Of a stretch of 64,000 nucleotides of DNA, positions 25,313 to 37,717 are shown one piece after another. Made by a program: the position numbers and the translations under genes. This stretch comes from Octopus vulgaris (Eukaryota), in assembly GCA_951406725.2 (NCBI GenBank), contig OX597815.1:1426001-1490000 (forward strand). Direction: 5' to 3'. Position 1 is the stretch's first letter; each line of letters opens with the position of its first letter. The notes beneath the pieces were generated by a model. It was not told the origin of the DNA, did no database searches, and saw only the letters and a list, made by a program, of their open reading frames with translations.

Positions 25313-27641
25313 TGTGTGAAATTTGATTTAGTATTTCTAAATTGAATTTTTCCCTGTAAGTTAGGATTAATATTCCCTCAAATAATTATTATATATATAT
25401 ATATATATACACAAGCATGTCATTTGTTTGTGCCCCTACACACAATCTGTCTTTGACAAATCCCTTCCCTTCCAAACACTCACCCCTCCATCACTCTCCT
25501 CACTACGGCACCATTCTCTCATCTGCGGTAATTCTATGACAACGGAACTGCACATTTCATCCCCGATCATGTATACCTTCTCATTTTACCAAAGGTAGTC
25601 CCCTACTGTTTCCACCCCTCTATCCCTGGCACAGTGCATCTCTCTTGCACCCCACACCCACACACTTCCCATAATCCCCACTGCTACCTCCCTCCCTCCC
25701 ATTTCCACCACCTTTCACCAGAAGCTGATATTCACAACTGATCAGGCCTCCACCCGTTTCTGCCATTCCCCTCTACCCATGTGTCACTCTTTCATACTCC
25801 AGTGAACTTGCCTGTCCCCTGTATTACTCAGACCTTCCTTTTCTACGGAGGTAGTCACAACTACTAAACTACGTACATCCATTGGCACACAAGAACATAA
25901 TCAGGCAAACCTTATTCCAGGAACTGCTGAACTATTGGTGGTGGTCCCTGTTAGCAGGAATCATCAAAGACATACAAACAAAAGCTATGTTATGTTGGTG
26001 TACTTAAGGAAGAAGTACAAATGCTGCATTAGCCAACATGTCTTGTGCCAGTCCAAGATCTGCTTTTTATATCCTGCGATTTCTGCAAAACTCCTGAAGG
26101 AAATGGAAATGGCTTGCAACAAGCAGCAAAATTAGCTGAACTAGAAAAGACCATTTCTAACTCATGCTAACAGGAATTATATCTCTTTGCCTAACAATAT
26201 CATCATCATCATTGTTTAACGACCATTTTCCCTGCTGGTATGGGTATGTATGTATGTATATATAATTAAATAAGGGTAGAAATTGATATTTATCAATTAA
26301 AACCAGTGGCCTAGCATATTTCAAAAAAATCTGAAGATGAAAAATTTTTTTACATACAAAATTTAGAGGACTGACCACTAAAAGTGGACAGCCTATATGC
26401 TAAACATAGACGTCAAAATTGCCATTTTCCATGAAGAATGTGGATCAGGGCTAAGGATTAGTGTCAAGTTTTGTAATTCTTCATGGAAAATGGCGATTTT
26501 GAAGTCTATATCTAGCATATAGGCTGTCCATTTTTTTAGTGGTCAGTCCTCTAAATTTTGTATATATATATATATATATATAATTTACTGTTCTGTTATA
26601 GTAAGATCAACCAAAAAATGTATTCCATTCAGTGAGGGAGGTCATTTAATGAGATCACAGTATAAAGATAGGAGCTGCTAATAGTTTGTTGAAGATTGCT
26701 TGGAGACACAAGGTACGTGTCTCAAACCTGCCTCGAAACATGTCTCCACAGCAAGAAACTATTAGCAACCCTTATCTTTATACTCTGTACATTAAATTAT
26801 ATATATAAATATATATACACACACACCACATACACATGTATTTATGCATGGAGATGTATGTTAAATTATACCTAATTAGAAGAGTAATGAAGGAACACAA
26901 TCATAACCGTACATCTACAGGAGTTAAATTTAGCAATATAGTTCCATATGATACAAAGGAGTACCATTATCTATGTATCTGATACACCATAGATGCATAC
27001 ATGCACATACATATACTGTTTATGAATCTATCTATCTATCTATCTATCTATACACATAAACACACACTAAGTTTCACCATGTGAACTGTAACTGGAAAAA
27101 GGATCAGAGTCCTTCATTTGCATAACATAATCGTTAGTTGTATGATTCATTAGTAAGTTAAGAAATATTCATCTCCATACTGGAGGTTAATTACTGTATT
27201 AAAGAGTGTGAATGTTTATGTATATAATTTAGTTTGAGTAGGGTAACGCTAAGTTGCCCAGGCTGCAGCATAGGGAACAGCTGGGTGAATAGGGCTAAGG
27301 ATTAGCGTCAAGTTTTGTAATTGTAGGAATGATCTTTAGGGCAAGTGTTCCCTGTTACCAACCCACCAACTATTGTTGAGAGAGAGAGGGGGGGGGCTGT
27401 TACAAATAAAAAATAAACAGAAAGTCTATATAAATTATGTAAGGCAGACATTGAATATGGAGAGACGACAGCATGAAGAAGAAGAAGAACTGGATGGGAA
27501 GAGCTGGAGGAGGAAAGAAGAAGTGCCAGTAATTTGTCACAGGATATCTTAAACCTATCGGTCAGTTTTAACTGACCACTTGAGTTTTTGAAATAATTTC
27601 AGGTTTTGTCTTTTGTTCCTTTTGGTAATATATATATATAC

Positions 27642-27691
<50 letters not shown>

Positions 27692-27698
27692 TGGTATC

Positions 27699-27807
27699 TC
27701 AGAGGCGTGAATAACGGCCGATAAAATGAGAACAGTTTGGACATGTGTGGACAATGTCTTTGGTACTATCCATGCAGAATGGAATTAAGCAACAGCCACA
27801 AATACAA
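27699..27807 (-). CDS. LITAF: LITAF-like gene, last coding exon (CICGCCLIPFCMDSTKDIVHTCPNCSHFIGRYSRL*)
   Basis: Acceptor ttttcttttcttttccAG, phase 2 matching the previous exon. GCCLIPF...KDxxHxCPNC is the canonical LITAF-domain C-half. TGA at 27701-27699. Absent from the ORF track because it is too short. Confidence 0.95.
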
Positions 27808-28090
27808 CTGGAAAAGAAAAGAAAAAAATACAAATAAACAACAAAATAAAGAATGAAATCTAAAAATTACCAAATATCATTATTGTTTTAATTAATAATA
27901 ATATAATTGTTTTAATTAATAATATTACAATGGTTTGAAGCCTTAATTAACCTTTTGCACACCAACCTGCCTCAGATCATTATTGTTTCTGATACAAACT
28001 TCCTGTTTTAAAGGGATCTTAATTAAAACCTTTCATTAAAATTTTATATTAATTTACGTTTCAAAGACAAGCTTAAGAATGACAAAATTA

Positions 28091-28655
28091 TTGGGTTGTC
28101 CGGAAAGTTCATGCCAATTTATAGTAGCTTACTTTCGACTTATCTTAGAACATGGTTGAGTCCATAAAATAGGATTTGACTACACCTCCATTTAGAGCAC
28201 AGGTTAAGCTATCTTTTCGTGGAAGAAGGTTTATGTTCCTATAACCTGTGTTAATTCTGTAACCCTTTAAAATGGAAGATAAGAAATTTCATTTTTGGCA
28301 GTTGATGCTTTGGGAACCAGACAAAAATTGCTGCAGCTCGGCTGGGATGTGTTACCCCACCCTCCGTATTCACCAGATATTGCTCCTTTGGATTTCCATT
28401 TATTCAGGTCTCTGCAGAATGGTCTTAATGGTAAAAATTTCAATTCCTTGGATGATGTAAAAAGATACCTTGATGAATTCTTTGCCATGAAAGCCCCTCA
28501 ATTCTGGGAAGAGGGTATTTTCAAGTTAAAGGAAAGATGGAGATGCATTGTGCAACAAAATGGTTCATATTTGGTTGATTAAAAATGTAATGGCAAGAAT
28601 TTATTGACCTTTTTCATTCCTTTAAAAATCGGCAAGAACTTTCCGGACAACCCAA
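28091..28655 (+). mobile_element. internally deleted mariner (Tc1/mariner) element
   Basis: TIRs TTGGGTTGTCCGGAAAGTTC / GAACTTTCCGGACAACCCAA with TA on both sides; transposase C-terminus LGWDVLPHPPYSPDIAPLDFHLFRSLQN...ERWRCIVQQNGSY. Confidence 0.93.
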
Positions 28656-30549
28656 TATTTTACTAAATTTTTCATTATTTTCAAAATTAATTGAAACTAA
28701 GGCAGCAAAGTTCAACAGAAACAGAATAAAGGGTTAAACTTTTACAGATGAAGACATGAAGACAATTTTAGCATCTCCATTGCATGTCAATCAGTTTGAT
28801 CTTCAATCATCATCAGGTGGGTTCGGTCAGTCTGGCACCATGCATCTATCCACACATAGAATATCAAAAATTATAGTTTTATCTCAAAAGATGAGGTCAT
28901 CAAAATCAAAATCGATGACTGGCGTCTGTGCTAGCTAGGTGCAAAGAGCACCATACGAGTGTGATCTTTGACAGAGCGGCTAACCGGCTTCCGTGCCAGT
29001 GACACTTAAAAGGCACCATTCGAGCGTGATCGTTACCAGCGTTGCCTTACTGGCACTCGAGCCCCGTGCTAATAGGGCGTTAAGAGCACCATCTGAGTGT
29101 GATTGTTGCCAGAGCAGCCAACTGGCCTCTGTGCTGGTGGCACGTAAAAGACACCATTTGAGCGTAATCGTTACCAGCATCGCCTTACTGGCACCTGTGC
29201 CGGTGGCATGTGTAAAAGATTCGGGCGAGGTCGTTGCCAGTACCACCTGACTGGCACGTAAAAGCACCCACTACACTCTCAGAGTGGTTGGCATTAGGAA
29301 GGGCATCCAGCTGTAGAAAGTCTGCCAGATCAAGATTGAGGCCTGGTGCAGCCATCTGGTTTGCCAGTCCCCAGTCAATCGTCCAACCCATGCCAGCATG
29401 GAAAGCGGACGTTAAACATGATGATGATAATTTTATTAACAAGAAGCAAATCCTAGACATTAAAACATTTCAGAAAAGGTTTTAGAAAACAGATTTATCA
29501 AACACGATCACTGGACAATCAACTGCATTGAGTTGAAGTGGTGTGAACTAGCTGTTGTGATGTTCATGCCTGTGCTAAGGTTTGTTAATAAATCCAGGTT
29601 TTACTTTTTATAGATAGATGTGGCAAAAGTGAATCAGGATGCTGTGATATTCAAGCCTTTCTCAAAGGTGTTAATGCAGTGGAAAACATGTATGAATACA
29701 GGTGTGTGTGTGTGTGTGTACATTCTCTCTCTCTCTTTCTTTCTCACTCACATTTTTGACAACGTATCAGTAGTAAATGTGAATTCCAGGTGGACCCTAT
29801 TTAGGGTACAGCTATCTTTTGCTTGTTTCAGTCAGACTGTGGCCCTGCTGGAGCACCACCTTGAACCTTTAGTTGAATGAATTGACCCCAGTACTTTATT
29901 TTAAACCTGGTACTTATTTTATTGGTGTTTTTTGATGAACCACTAAGTTACTGAAATATAAACCCTACCAACACCAGCTGTCAAGCAGTAGTGGAACTCA
30001 CACACACACACAAACAGGTTTCTTTCAGTTTCCATCAACCAAACCTACACCCATGGCTTTGGACAGCCCAAGGTTATAGCAGAAGACACTTGTCCAAGGA
30101 GCCACACAGTGGGACTGAACCTGGAGCCATGTGGTTGGGAAGCAAAGCTTCTCCCTACACAGCCATGCCTCTGCCTATATACCTATTTCTTTACTTCCCA
30201 CAAGGGGCTAAACACAGAAGGGACAAACAAGGACAGACAAATGGATTAAGTCGATTATATCGACCCTAGTGCGTAACTGGTACTTATTTAATCGACCCCG
30301 AAAGGATGAAAGGCAAAGTCGACCTTGGCGGAATTTGAACTCAGAACATAGCGGCAGACAAAATATCGCAAAGTATTTTGCCCAGCGTGCTAACGTTTCT
30401 GCCAGTTTTCCGCCTTTATATACCAGTAATACACTGTCTCTTGTGTGTCCGCTTTCCCGGCTGAATTCCCCACCATTTCAGTTTTAAATGAAGATCAGTA
30501 TTTGAGAGAAAAGAAAGAAGTTGATTCTTGTTTATAATTTTTGACTTAC

Positions 30550-30718
30550 GCAAAGAAACTGAGGAGGAGGCAAATGACCCAGCTGAGGTTACCAGTTTCA
30601 TAATGGATACTTGTCATGATGTCAGCGTTACATTTGGGGCAACGAGTTTGTACGGAGGATTCACCAAAGTGCAAAATCTGTGGGTGTTGCTGGATGACAA
30701 CGGTCGTCTGTGGGAGCA
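30550..30718 (-). CDS. LITAF: LITAF-like gene, exon encoding the N-half of the LITAF zinc domain (VLPQTTVV...RCPKC...LSWVICLLLSFFA)
   Basis: Acceptor ttctctttgattgcAG, donor GC|GTAAGT, 169 nt, phase 1-2; first CxxC knuckle followed by a hydrophobic membrane-anchoring stretch. Confidence 0.93.
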
Positions 30719-30835
30719 CTGCAATCAAAGAGAAGCAATTGAAGAAGTAAGTAGCGTTTGGGGTGAGAAGTTGGCACAAGGCTATCCACCATCTTCTAAG
30801 CAAAAACCTTGGCCACCTTTTTGAATTTCATTTAC

Positions 30836-31135
30836 CAAACATTCATGAACATGCTTAGAGAATCAAAGAAAATACAACACAGCCCTAATGACTTTTGGAA
30901 ACATCTTTTCACACTCAGAATTGCTGAAGCATGGAACAAACTACCTGCATCAGTTGTAAGATGTTGGGAACCCTACGCCTAATGCCCCACCCCCCTCTTA
31001 TTCCTGTGGACTTATTCCCTGTTCACTTCCTGCACATTATTCTGTGCACCATTCCTGCAGTTTTGGTTACTTATTCTGATCAGCTGCAGAGCAGCACCTG
31101 AACAGCTCTGTAGACAATGAGTTTATTATGATTAT
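30836..31135 (+). mobile_element. degenerate CR1/L2-like LINE 3' end
   Basis: TTTTCACACTCAGAATTGCTGAAGCATGGAACAAACTACCTGCATCAGTTGT matches 53748-53800. Confidence 0.7.
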
Positions 31136-32171
31136 CATCAAAGAATGGAAATGTTCTCTGAAAATTATTTTGGATTTCATTTCTAAAGGAAATAAAACAG
31201 AGTTTGGTGAGATAAGAAGACATGAGGAAAAACCCCTTCAAATACAGTAGTGGATAGTGTGGTGGTGGAGGGAACGCATGACTAATGAATAAAGAGATAA
31301 CAAGACTAACAGAGGGATTACATGACTAAAGTAGTGATAGCTATTACTTGACTAATGAATACAGAGATAAGACTTGACTAATGAATAGAAGGTAAACACT
31401 TGACTAATGAATAGAAATTAGATGCTTGACTAATGAACAGAAACCAGACACTTGACTAATGAGATATTTCTTTCATGGTAAGTTGCAGACACTTCCCGGT
31501 CATTCATTGTCAGTCATGCAATGAACCGGTGATTAATCCACTGGAAGCCTATAACCAATAACATTATACAGGGTTTAACTGTGTGTGTGTGTGTGTGTAT
31601 TATATATATATATGTAATGTTTGACTACACACACACACACACAGAGTAAGACCTGACCCCAGGAGACTACTAAACCTTGCAAGGGAGATGACAAGGGACT
31701 GTGGCTAGTTGCAAAGTGCTGTATAAAAGAGGTGTCACCTAACCCATGCCAGCATGGAAAACAAGATGTAAAATAATGACACTGATGCTGATATTTAACA
31801 TAAATGTATAGACCGAACCAAAACACAATTCAGAGTATATGATGATTGACTCTATATATATACACACACACACACACATACTTACACACCCTCAAACAAA
31901 TATAGACAGACAAAGATTCCATCACATTTCTTACATTAAAATTGGCCATGTGTGTGTGTAAGTGCTGGTGCCACATAAAAAGCACCCACTACACTCTCAG
32001 AGTGGTTGGCATTAGGAAGGGCATCCAGCTGTAGAAGACCCCCTACACAAGGTGACATGAAGTGGAACAGAACCCAAAGCAATGCGGTTGGGAATTGAAA
32101 TTCCACACCGAACAGCAATGTCAGCACTTCACACTTGTGTGTGTGTATGCATTGCACACACACACACACAT

Positions 32172-32204
<33 letters not shown>

Positions 32205-35200
32205 CACACAGATTTACATCCACGTAAGGAAATATATCAAAGTTAAAAGAAATAAAAGAAAAATTAATTAAAAATCAGAAATGATAACAAAATTAGATGA
32301 GGAAGAGAATCTGCAGAAAGAAACCAAGAAAACCCGATGAGAAAACATGTGTGGGTGGTAGTGTGGGTGGTGGTGGGGTGGAAGTGATGCGGATGGGGGT
32401 GTAATAAGTCAAATTCCAAAGAGAGATTGAGAGAGAAAATAAAAGTATTTACTTCTCTCTCTCTCTGTATATAAAAGATTTCTGACATTATAATCAAGAA
32501 TTAAGCCTAATTAGTAATTAAATGTTAATTAGTTTCACCTATTTTCTTGTTTAGTTTTGATCGTCATCAGTAAACAACGAAAGTTATCTCTTTAGGGGAC
32601 TTCCTCTGTGTGTGTGGAGGTGGAGGTGGAGTGTTGGCATACAACTCAACTGGTGCAGACGGAAACTCCTTAAAATTCTTGCAAAACTGTTTATTTTTCT
32701 GATAGAAATCTCAGCAGATTTTAGAATTGATGAACCATTTAACAAGGAGGATTCTTCATTCAGGAATTTCCAGTGAAATTCAGGAAGACTTGCAGACATT
32801 TCAGTGTCACCCTTAATTAAGTCATATACAGACAAGTGTAGACTTTAATACTTGCTTTCTTTTAGTAAAAGTTACTTGTAACTAATTAACAAACAGCTTC
32901 ATTATAATCACAGATGGAGAGGTAGAAATATCTCTATAGGTCATTGATGTCGTTAACCTTTTGTCAAAGATAATCGTTATCCATTCTCATTGTTTACAGT
33001 TAATCAAGCTTTATCTTATAGCTTTGATATTTCAGTGTTGTGATTTATTTTTAGAATGACTTTGTAGGGTCAGTGTGAGAGACCAGATCTGGCGAATTTG
33101 AACATAAAAGGGTCAGGGTATTTTTAGCCAAATATGGCTGGTTCAAATATTAAAGAGTCAAAGTGGAATTCTTGAAGGATGTCTTCCTGTGTCAGACAAT
33201 TCTTTTATTGCTTTCAGTTACTGGGGCAACAGCTTCAAGGTTTTGGTCAATTCCATGTGGTGAACCCAACATGAAATTAGGGGTGAACAACAAGTTATAA
33301 AGTGGGATCAAAGGTTGGCTGATAGACACAAGAGTTTGTAGTAAATGTGTAAGAGGGGTTGTTAGTTCTAATAAGAGTATTCATTAAATTAAGAGTACTC
33401 ATTAAATTAAGAGTATTTATGAAATGAATCTTTGTGAATGCTCAGAGGATTCCCTAAGAGTAGCTTCGTTACCTAGGTGACTTAATTAGCAGATGTTGCA
33501 AAGTATTTTAACCAATGAAAGGACAAATGAAAACATGTTTAGGAAGCTGTTACTTTAGATGGGAATAAAGGGAATCGTTCTACAAGTGGGGAACCTATTG
33601 CATGAGGTTTGTGTTCAGATAAGGACTGCAGTGAAATAAGGGCCAGAGGTCAACATGAGTAAGTCTGTTGAAGGTGGTGCTCCATCATGGCCACAGTACA
33701 ATGACTAAAAAGCAGAGGCTGAAGACTTCTGACAGAGAAAGAAATGCCAGTTATTGGCTGACCACCAACTCAATGCCATGACCTCTCTTGAAGACAATCA
33801 ATTGACCATAGCTCGTAGGTTATTAACAACAATTAAACTTTGAACTTTAATCCACTCAATCACTCATTACCAGGTGTACCAGGTGATGACATGAGTGGAC
33901 TGTACCAGTTGTTGTTTAGTTCCAAGTCAATCTTGGTCCAGCCGGCCTAAGACCAAACCCATCTCAGCAGTGACCATCCCCATCTCTTCTGCTTATACCA
34001 AGAACTAATTGTAGTTGTGATACCTGTGCTGGTGGCACGTAAAATGCACCATCCGAATGTGGCCGATGCCAGCGCCGCCTTGACTGGCTTCTGTGCCGGT
34101 GGCACATAAGAAGCACCATCCATACATGGTCGATGCCAGTGCCACCTTGACTGGCCCCTGTGCCGGTGGCACGTAAAAAACACCCACTACACTCTCAGAG
34201 TGGTTGGCACTAGGAAGGGCATCCAGCTGTAGAAACACTGCCAGATCAGACTGGAGCCTGGTGCAGCCTCCATGGCTTACCAGACCCCAGTTGAACCGTC
34301 CAACCCATGCCAGCATGGAAAACGGACATTAAACGATGATGATGAACTACATTATTGAATAGATTCTTCCTTTTCTTTAAAGATGTAGGACATGATTTCA
34401 GAGAGAACTGGCAGCTATTTTGAGAGGGGTGGGTGGGGGTGGGGGGTGGAGACCAAATTGAGGCCTAATCTCGGTGTTGCGAGTTAGATAGGGACAGAAA
34501 TTCCTAGAGACCTTCTTCATAATGGAGGCCACAGAAAATGAAGAAAAGGGAATAAAAAGGAAGAATGTGAGGGGTTAGGGGCCAGCAAGGACTAAAACAT
34601 TGCCAATAATCAGAGCTGGCCAGTGGACTGGATCTTTGATACTTGTCCTTGAGGGAGAGCTTATATTGTGGGCCAGACAGCATCTTAGGAAGAAGCCAGA
34701 CTCTGGATGGAAAAACTCAAGAACGACTCTCATCTAATTGACATGGGAAGCCCCACCCCCTTCCACTGAAGACTGACCCCCCCCCACTCCTGGTTCAGAT
34801 GCATCATGGATTCAATAGAAGATACCCTTAACCACCAGAGAACAAGAAGGAAACAAATGGAATTTGATTTGCTCAACGGGGCTAAAAGACTGCTTGTCTA
34901 ACCCCCTCGTGAATGCGGGGAAAGCAGACCATATTTCATAGCATTGCCATGTTTGTTATTTGCCACCCGATCCTTGCAACACAAAAGACTTTGCAGGGTG
35001 GCATGAAAATGTAAAGAAATGGGAAACCTGTGTCAGCATTACACTTTGAAGAATCAAAAGAAGAAACGGCTGTGTCCAGTTATGCTTCAGTGAACTCAGA
35101 ATCGGGAGAATCGAATGTGTTTGGACCAAGCATGCACTGAAGGCAGAGTTTCAGGTACATTGCAAACCATTCCAAGCTCAAATAGGTCTGAAATCTAATC

Positions 35201-37690
35201 TAACCCCTTTTTCACACTGCTCCCCACCTCATCTGAATTTGTCTATTAAAGGGTTTCCTATTTAAATTCGAAATCTTGAATGAAATGTCAACAGGTAAGC
35301 ATTTATCTATTGCTATGGAGCTGGAATTTTAGAAATTTGAACACAAAATGGAATACCTTCTAGTTAAAAATATGACCATACGGGGTGAAATATTTGTTTC
35401 CATTTACTAAAAGTCATGGAAACCAAATGTAAAATAGAATGGATAAACTAGAAATTGAAACCTCGATGGAAAGTTTGGATTTGAAAGACTTAATTGCTAT
35501 GGCATACACACGAATACAGGAGACCATAAAACAATAAATTGTTGAGATTTGGACAGAAAAGGTATAATATTTAGAAGGATGTTGTGGCTTAGTCACAGGC
35601 CAGCTGTGAACAAGCAAACCTATGGTGTAAAAGGCATTCCAGCCATGACCATTCTGCCTTATCTAAGCAGTGTATCTAGGCTTACTGCTGTATATGTCTA
35701 AAGAAACAGAAGCTATTATGGCAGAAATAACAAGCCAACAAGGGAGCCTCGAAGTCAACAGCTCTCAGCTACACCTCCCAGGGCCACATGCAGCCCTCAA
35801 GCAACCTTCTGGTGACCCTTGACAGTCTTCCCTCTATAAATATAAATTTTTCTTTAATTGATTTGTGTTTTACTTTTTTGGTGGGCCCCTAAAAAAGTCC
35901 AGGCTTTGGATCTGACCCGGATATCAAAAAGGCTAAAAACCACTGCCCTAAGCAGTCAGCTGACATGCTAGAAATAGCAGTCAAATAAATCACACTGTAT
36001 TACAAAAATAACAAAATAATACAGGTTCACTGACGAAACATTATCCTCATTGATTTAACCAATCTGCTAGCCAACAGTGACCACCACTACCAAAAGTTCA
36101 AATACTGTTCATTCTCTTCATCTTCTAGTTTATACTTCCTCCACACAAAACTTAGAAATGTCCCCATTATCATCCTTTAATGGCCATTTTCCATGCTGGC
36201 ATGTGTTGGACGGTTTGACAGGGGCTGGCAAGGCTGGAGAGCTTCATGGAGCTCCAATTGTCTGTTTTTGTCTCTAGTTGTCTGGATGCCCTTCCTAACA
36301 CATTAACCCCTTTACAGAGCAGACTGGGGTGCTTTCCATGTGGCCCCAGAATGGGCGCTTTGAATGTGCTGCCAGTATAAAACAGAAAGGCATAAAAGAA
36401 ACAAAATAACAAATGCAAGTTGCTGTTTAACCCTAGGTCAACTACGACAGGGCAGCTCTATGATCCAGATATTCCAGCAGGTTTTTCTTTCTTTTTTCCA
36501 TGTTTGCATGGGTCAGATGGAATTTGTTGAGACAGCTCTTCTACAGCTGGATGCTCTTCCTGTCATCAATCCTCGTCTGTTTCTAAGGAAAGTAATATTT
36601 CTCCATGTCTTTACAGAAGACTAGAAACCAAAATGACCCACTTATAGGATGGTGACATTCATTTACAACTACCACACAATGTCAAGGCCAACGAGACACT
36701 AACACACAGGATGGGCATGTTCCAGTTTCACAAGGCTTTTGGTTGGCCCAGGGCTGTCGTAAAAGACATTTGCCCAAGATGCCACACAGTGAGATTGAAC
36801 CCAAAACCATGTGGCTGGGAAGCAAACAACTTAAGCACACGGCTATGCCGAATCTAATTTTCTTAGGGTAGTTATGTTATTTGTCTGCTATTTCTAGCAG
36901 ATGAAGTGACCATTTAGAGGCTTTCTCATTAACATAGAATTTCTTCCCACCCCCTCCTAATTCTTCAACTTCCTTTTTTAATCTGTAGTCTCACAACCTG
37001 CAAGAAATAACAACCAAATGTCCTTCAAATCTTCATAATAATAATAATACACTGCCTAAAAATAGAAATAAATAAAAGCCATTTTAGTTTTTGAAGCCAA
37101 GACAAGGAATTATGTCTGAAGCACAACAACGATTCCAAAATATCACATTTTTAGATTTCTCACACAATAAACAGGTCACTGGTTCCTTAATCTATTCGGA
37201 TTCAATGAAGAGAAAAAGAAATATTTAAAAAAAAAATGATAAATAAGATAAAAAAAAGTTGAGCTGAAAAGCTCTTGTAGAAAGAAGAGAGGAAGAATAA
37301 TGGCATTATCTGAGATGATGAAGAATGGATTTAGTTTCTAAAAATATTCTCAGGATTGAAGAATATAAAAGAGAGTTTGGTGGTGGAAGAAATCTAGAGA
37401 ATGTTCATACGATTCTTTTGTGAGAAAAAGAGATTGCTGGAAATGTTATTCTCCAATACTAAATATGGGCAGGGGGTGAGGTGGTTTTGTTGGGGCGTGA
37501 CTAATGAATAATGGGGATGATACCTGACTAATGAATGGTAAAAGAAAATTGCTTATTCTTTGATGGGCAAGAAAAACGGAAGTGATTGACAATATCAATG
37601 AATTTAGGTAGACTGTGACACTTTTTACATGTAGCGATGGTGAGAGGGAGGAGAGGATGGAGGAAGAGGGAGGGAAAGAAGTGAACTTAC

Positions 37691-37717
37691 CCGGAGCTGT
37701 TGGCATCGGCCCATAAC
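37691..37717 (-). CDS. LITAF: LITAF-like gene, 27-nt microexon (GYGPMPTAP)
   Basis: ttttatatttttAG|GTTATGGGCCGATGCCAACAGCTCCGG|GTAAGT; phase 1-1, encodes a PTAP motif. Confidence 0.82.

Noticed and set aside
31277-31465. CRISPR-like repeat-spacer pattern
   Set aside because: The ~12-nt repeat and the spacers are far too short and the context is a eukaryotic intron; kept only as a motif cluster
32264-32340. Strong minus-strand acceptor ttttcttggtttctttctgcAG
   Set aside because: It leads to a stop after ~15 codons with no good donor; no support for an exon
32567-32710. Minus-strand frame EFPSAPVELYANTPPPPPH in a LITAF intron, containing PSAP
   Set aside because: No convincing phase-1 acceptor (only a weak GAG) and no phase-1 donor; worth revisiting only if RNA reads appear
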